From the IMG/VR virus record IMGVR_UViG_3300045988_073749: a stretch of 52,215 nt of DNA. One strand, 5' to 3'. Below are positions 50,375 to 52,215 of the stretch, in pieces. The notes under the pieces were generated by a model, which saw nothing but the letters and a program-made list of their open reading frames with translations, was not told the origin of the DNA and searched no databases. Made by a program: the position numbers and the translations under genes. This DNA comes from a virus. Every line of letters starts with the position of its first letter. The first letter of the stretch is position 1.

Positions 50375-51094
50375 TTACCGGCCCATCCGGTTATCCCTGT
50401 CATAGTCATAGTCGTAGGCGTCATCCACAGACTTGATATTTCGAGCCCCAAAGTTGCGGTATATGGCATTTATGTATCTCCAGTTCACCGCGCCTGCAAG
50501 GCTGGCCTGCTCAAAAGCATAGACCAGGAGGGCCTTTTTCTCCTCCGATACCGTCATGACCGTGCCTTCCGGCCCTGTGCCCTCCTGATCTGTGATCTTG
50601 CGGAACACTTCGAGTTCGTCCCTCTGGGTCGCTCTCTCTCCCGGCCGGAACGTATCAAGCAGCTCTTGTGTTACGCTCTTGATCTCGCTCCCGATCTCCT
50701 CCGTGTAGCCGAAGTACCTGGTGTAGTCGTCCTCCAGGTATCCTTCGATGCCTGGCCTATCATTGGCCGGGTATACGTCGCTGCTTCCGGCGGCGTCCGG
50801 GTACTCCTGGAAGGCGATGGACACCAGCTTGTACCGTCCAGGTTTCTTCTTGACGCCCTTCTCGTAGATCAGCAGCCCGGCGTCCATGAGCTGTTGCCTC
50901 GCCGTCCGTACTGTTTTGTCAGAGCCGGACCCAAGGAGGGCTGTTAATCTGTCATTGTCTACGCTGAACCACTCCGGCCAGTGTAGCCTATTGGAAAACG
51001 CCATGAGCTTGTACCATAGGAGCTGCGCCGTAGCCGGGAGGGGCTGCCGTTTCATCCGCCGTTCAAAGGCATTTATCTCCAAGATGTAGTTCAA
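50375..51094 (-). CDS. DnaD-like replication protein / replisome organiser
   Basis: N-terminal winged-helix-like segment (...LWYKLMAFSN...DKTVRTARQQLMDAGLLIY) and C-terminal DnaD-type segment (...LVYAFEQASLAGAVNWRYINAIYRNF). Confidence 0.6.
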   Translation of the reverse strand: MNYILEINAFERRMKRQPLPATAQLLWYKLMAFSNRLHWPEWFSVDNDRLTALLGSGSDKTVRTARQQLMDAGLLIYEKGVKKKPGRYKLVSIAFQEYPDAAGSSDVYPANDRPGIEGYLEDDYTRYFGYTEEIGSEIKSVTQELLDTFRPGERATQRDELEVFRKITDQEGTGPEGTVMTVSEEKKALLVYAFEQASLAGAVNWRYINAIYRNFGARNIKSVDDAYDYDYDRDNRMGR

Positions 51095-51142
51095 CCGGCA
51101 GTCCCTCCCTTCGTTTAGACTTCCGGCGCTGGATGTCCGGCG

Positions 51143-52215
51143 TTATTCCATCGTGACTGTGCTCCCGTCCTCTCCGCCGGTTACCACGATGTTCTGCACA
51201 AACCGGGCCTTCATGGTCGGGTCGTGCGAGATAGCAAGGATTCTCATATTGGGGTTTCTGGAGGCCATGGCGGCCAGGGCGTCGGCGTAGGCCTCGGTTC
51301 CGTCGGCGTCCAGGAAGGGGGGCTCGTCGATGAACAGCATCCCAAGCTGCACCCCCGCCCGGCGAGCTTTCACGTCAGCCAGGCCCAGGGTGACGGCCAG
51401 CGCGATCTTGACCTTCTCGCCTCCACTGTGGGAGAGGTAGGGTCTGTTGCCTCCTGTGATGGTGTTAATCCACACCTCCAGGCTGTTCACGATCTGCTTC
51501 GTGGACTTCTGCTCCCGCTCGGTTCGGATGTCCACCGCCATACGGCCGCCGGTCATGGCTGCCAGAATTTCATTGGACCGGCGCATGATCTCCGGCACGA
51601 CGCCGCGCACGATCATGTACTGGATGCCGTCCAGGCCAAATGCCTGGGCCAGGGTGGTGTAGTCGCTCAAGACCACGCCGACGGCTTCCGCCTCCCGGCG
51701 GAGCTCCGAGGACTTGGTCTCCGCCTCTGCGATGTCCTCCAGCTTTGCCTTGAGCTGTCCCCGGCGGGTTGCTAGGTCGGTGAGGGACCGTCGCTGCGCT
51801 TCGATGTTGGCGCGGATGCGGTCTGCCACGTTCCCACCTCCCGGCACGCGGGCGGCGATCTCGTCGGCCTCTCGAAGTGCCTGCTCGGACTTGCCGCGCA
51901 GCTCCTCCACTTCCGCCTTGAGCTTCCTGATCTGCGGCTCCAGGGCCTCGGCCTTCGCTGCGGCCGCCTGACACTCCGCCAGAGTATCAGCCAAAACGGA
52001 AAAGGCCTTCACGTCTCCCTCGGCCTCCTGGTAGGCGGTAACGGCCTGGGCGAGCTTCACGCGCTCAGCGTCGATCTCGTCGATGCGGGCCGCCGCTGCA
52101 TCGAAGGTCCGTTTCACTTCCAGGACGGACGCCTCGAGTTTCTCCAGGGTAGCTTCCGCAACCGCGATGTCCGCCTCCTTCGAGGCGATGGAACGGAGGC
52201 GCCGCTCCTTGTACT
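51143..52215 (-). CDS. C-terminal part of the SbcD-SbcC fusion ORF (continues from 1..2784 through the circular junction)
   Basis: Coiled coil, then ...LSHSGGEKV (ABC signature) and GMLFIDEPPFLD (Walker B/D-loop); same frame as 2784..1 once the 52,138-nt period is applied. Confidence 0.85.
   Translation of the reverse strand, partial: YKERRLRSIASKEADIAVAEATLEKLEASVLEVKRTFDAAAARIDEIDAERVKLAQAVTAYQEAEGDVKAFSVLADTLAECQAAAAKAEALEPQIRKLKAEVEELRGKSEQALREADEIAARVPGGGNVADRIRANIEAQRRSLTDLATRRGQLKAKLEDIAEAETKSSELRREAEAVGVVLSDYTTLAQAFGLDGIQYMIVRGVVPEIMRRSNEILAAMTGGRMAVDIRTEREQKSTKQIVNSLEVWINTITGGNRPYLSHSGGEKVKIALAVTLGLADVKARRAGVQLGMLFIDEPPFLDADGTEAYADALAAMASRNPNMRILAISHDPTMKARFVQNIVVTGGEDGSTVTME
52139..52215. 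repeat. Second copy of the 77-nt closure overlap
   Basis: Identical to 1..77. Confidence 0.95.

Larger units (their letters stand above)
1..52215. mobile_element. Complete temperate tailed-phage genome (contractile tail), circular assembly
   Basis: Full set of integrase/repressor, replication, terminase, portal, capsid, sheath/tube/baseplate and lysis genes; the two ends overlap by 77 identical nt. Confidence 0.9.

Overview
The window is a complete, circularly closed temperate phage genome with a contractile (myovirus-type) tail. Nt 1-77 are repeated exactly at 52139-52215, so the unique length is 52,138 nt.

Layout: nearly everything is on the minus strand, as one early-to-late circuit. It starts at a strong sigma70-type promoter (-10 at 9613-9618, -35 at 9636-9641), runs from 9184 down to 1, wraps through the junction to 52215 and continues down to the endolysin at 12485. 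Only the lysogeny module at 9717-12266 is on the plus strand (CI-like repressor, two small cargo genes, tyrosine integrase).

Modules, in transcription order:
- Early, recombination and replication: HTH regulators, DUF2786, DUF3560, an SbcD-SbcC single-ORF fusion, DnaD-like, SleB-like hydrolase, Gp37/Gp68, RecU, RHH, MT-A70 methylase.
- A late regulator (ArpU/sigma-like).
- A DNA-modification-like block: a HAD-like protein, three ParB-domain proteins (one fused to a methyltransferase fold) and a CmoA-like carboxy-SAM synthase.
- Packaging and head: TerS, TerL, portal-MuF fusion, protease, major capsid protein.
- PBSX-like sheath, tube, tape measure and baseplate with a PAAR tip, then a tail fibre.
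- A diversity-generating retroelement (Avd, TR, RT).
- Lysis genes.

The gene content suggests a fairly GC-rich Firmicutes/Clostridia host; this is inference only.

Most interesting observations:
1. A phage cmoA homologue is translationally coupled to a ParB/methyltransferase fusion just upstream of the terminase. This is a candidate undescribed DNA carboxymethylation module.
2. The DGR has two variable regions about 30 kb apart. The second lies in an early-operon protein that carries a MazG-like C-terminal domain.
3. A family of intercistronic stem-loops has an invariant GUGCAA loop and covarying stems. The same hexamer occurs four times in tandem at the late promoter.
4. A ~390-nt structured untranslated early leader.
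5. The SbcD-SbcC fusion.

No tRNA, rRNA or CRISPR array was seen. All calls come from reading the sequence and ORF track and from remembered family signatures; no searches were run.
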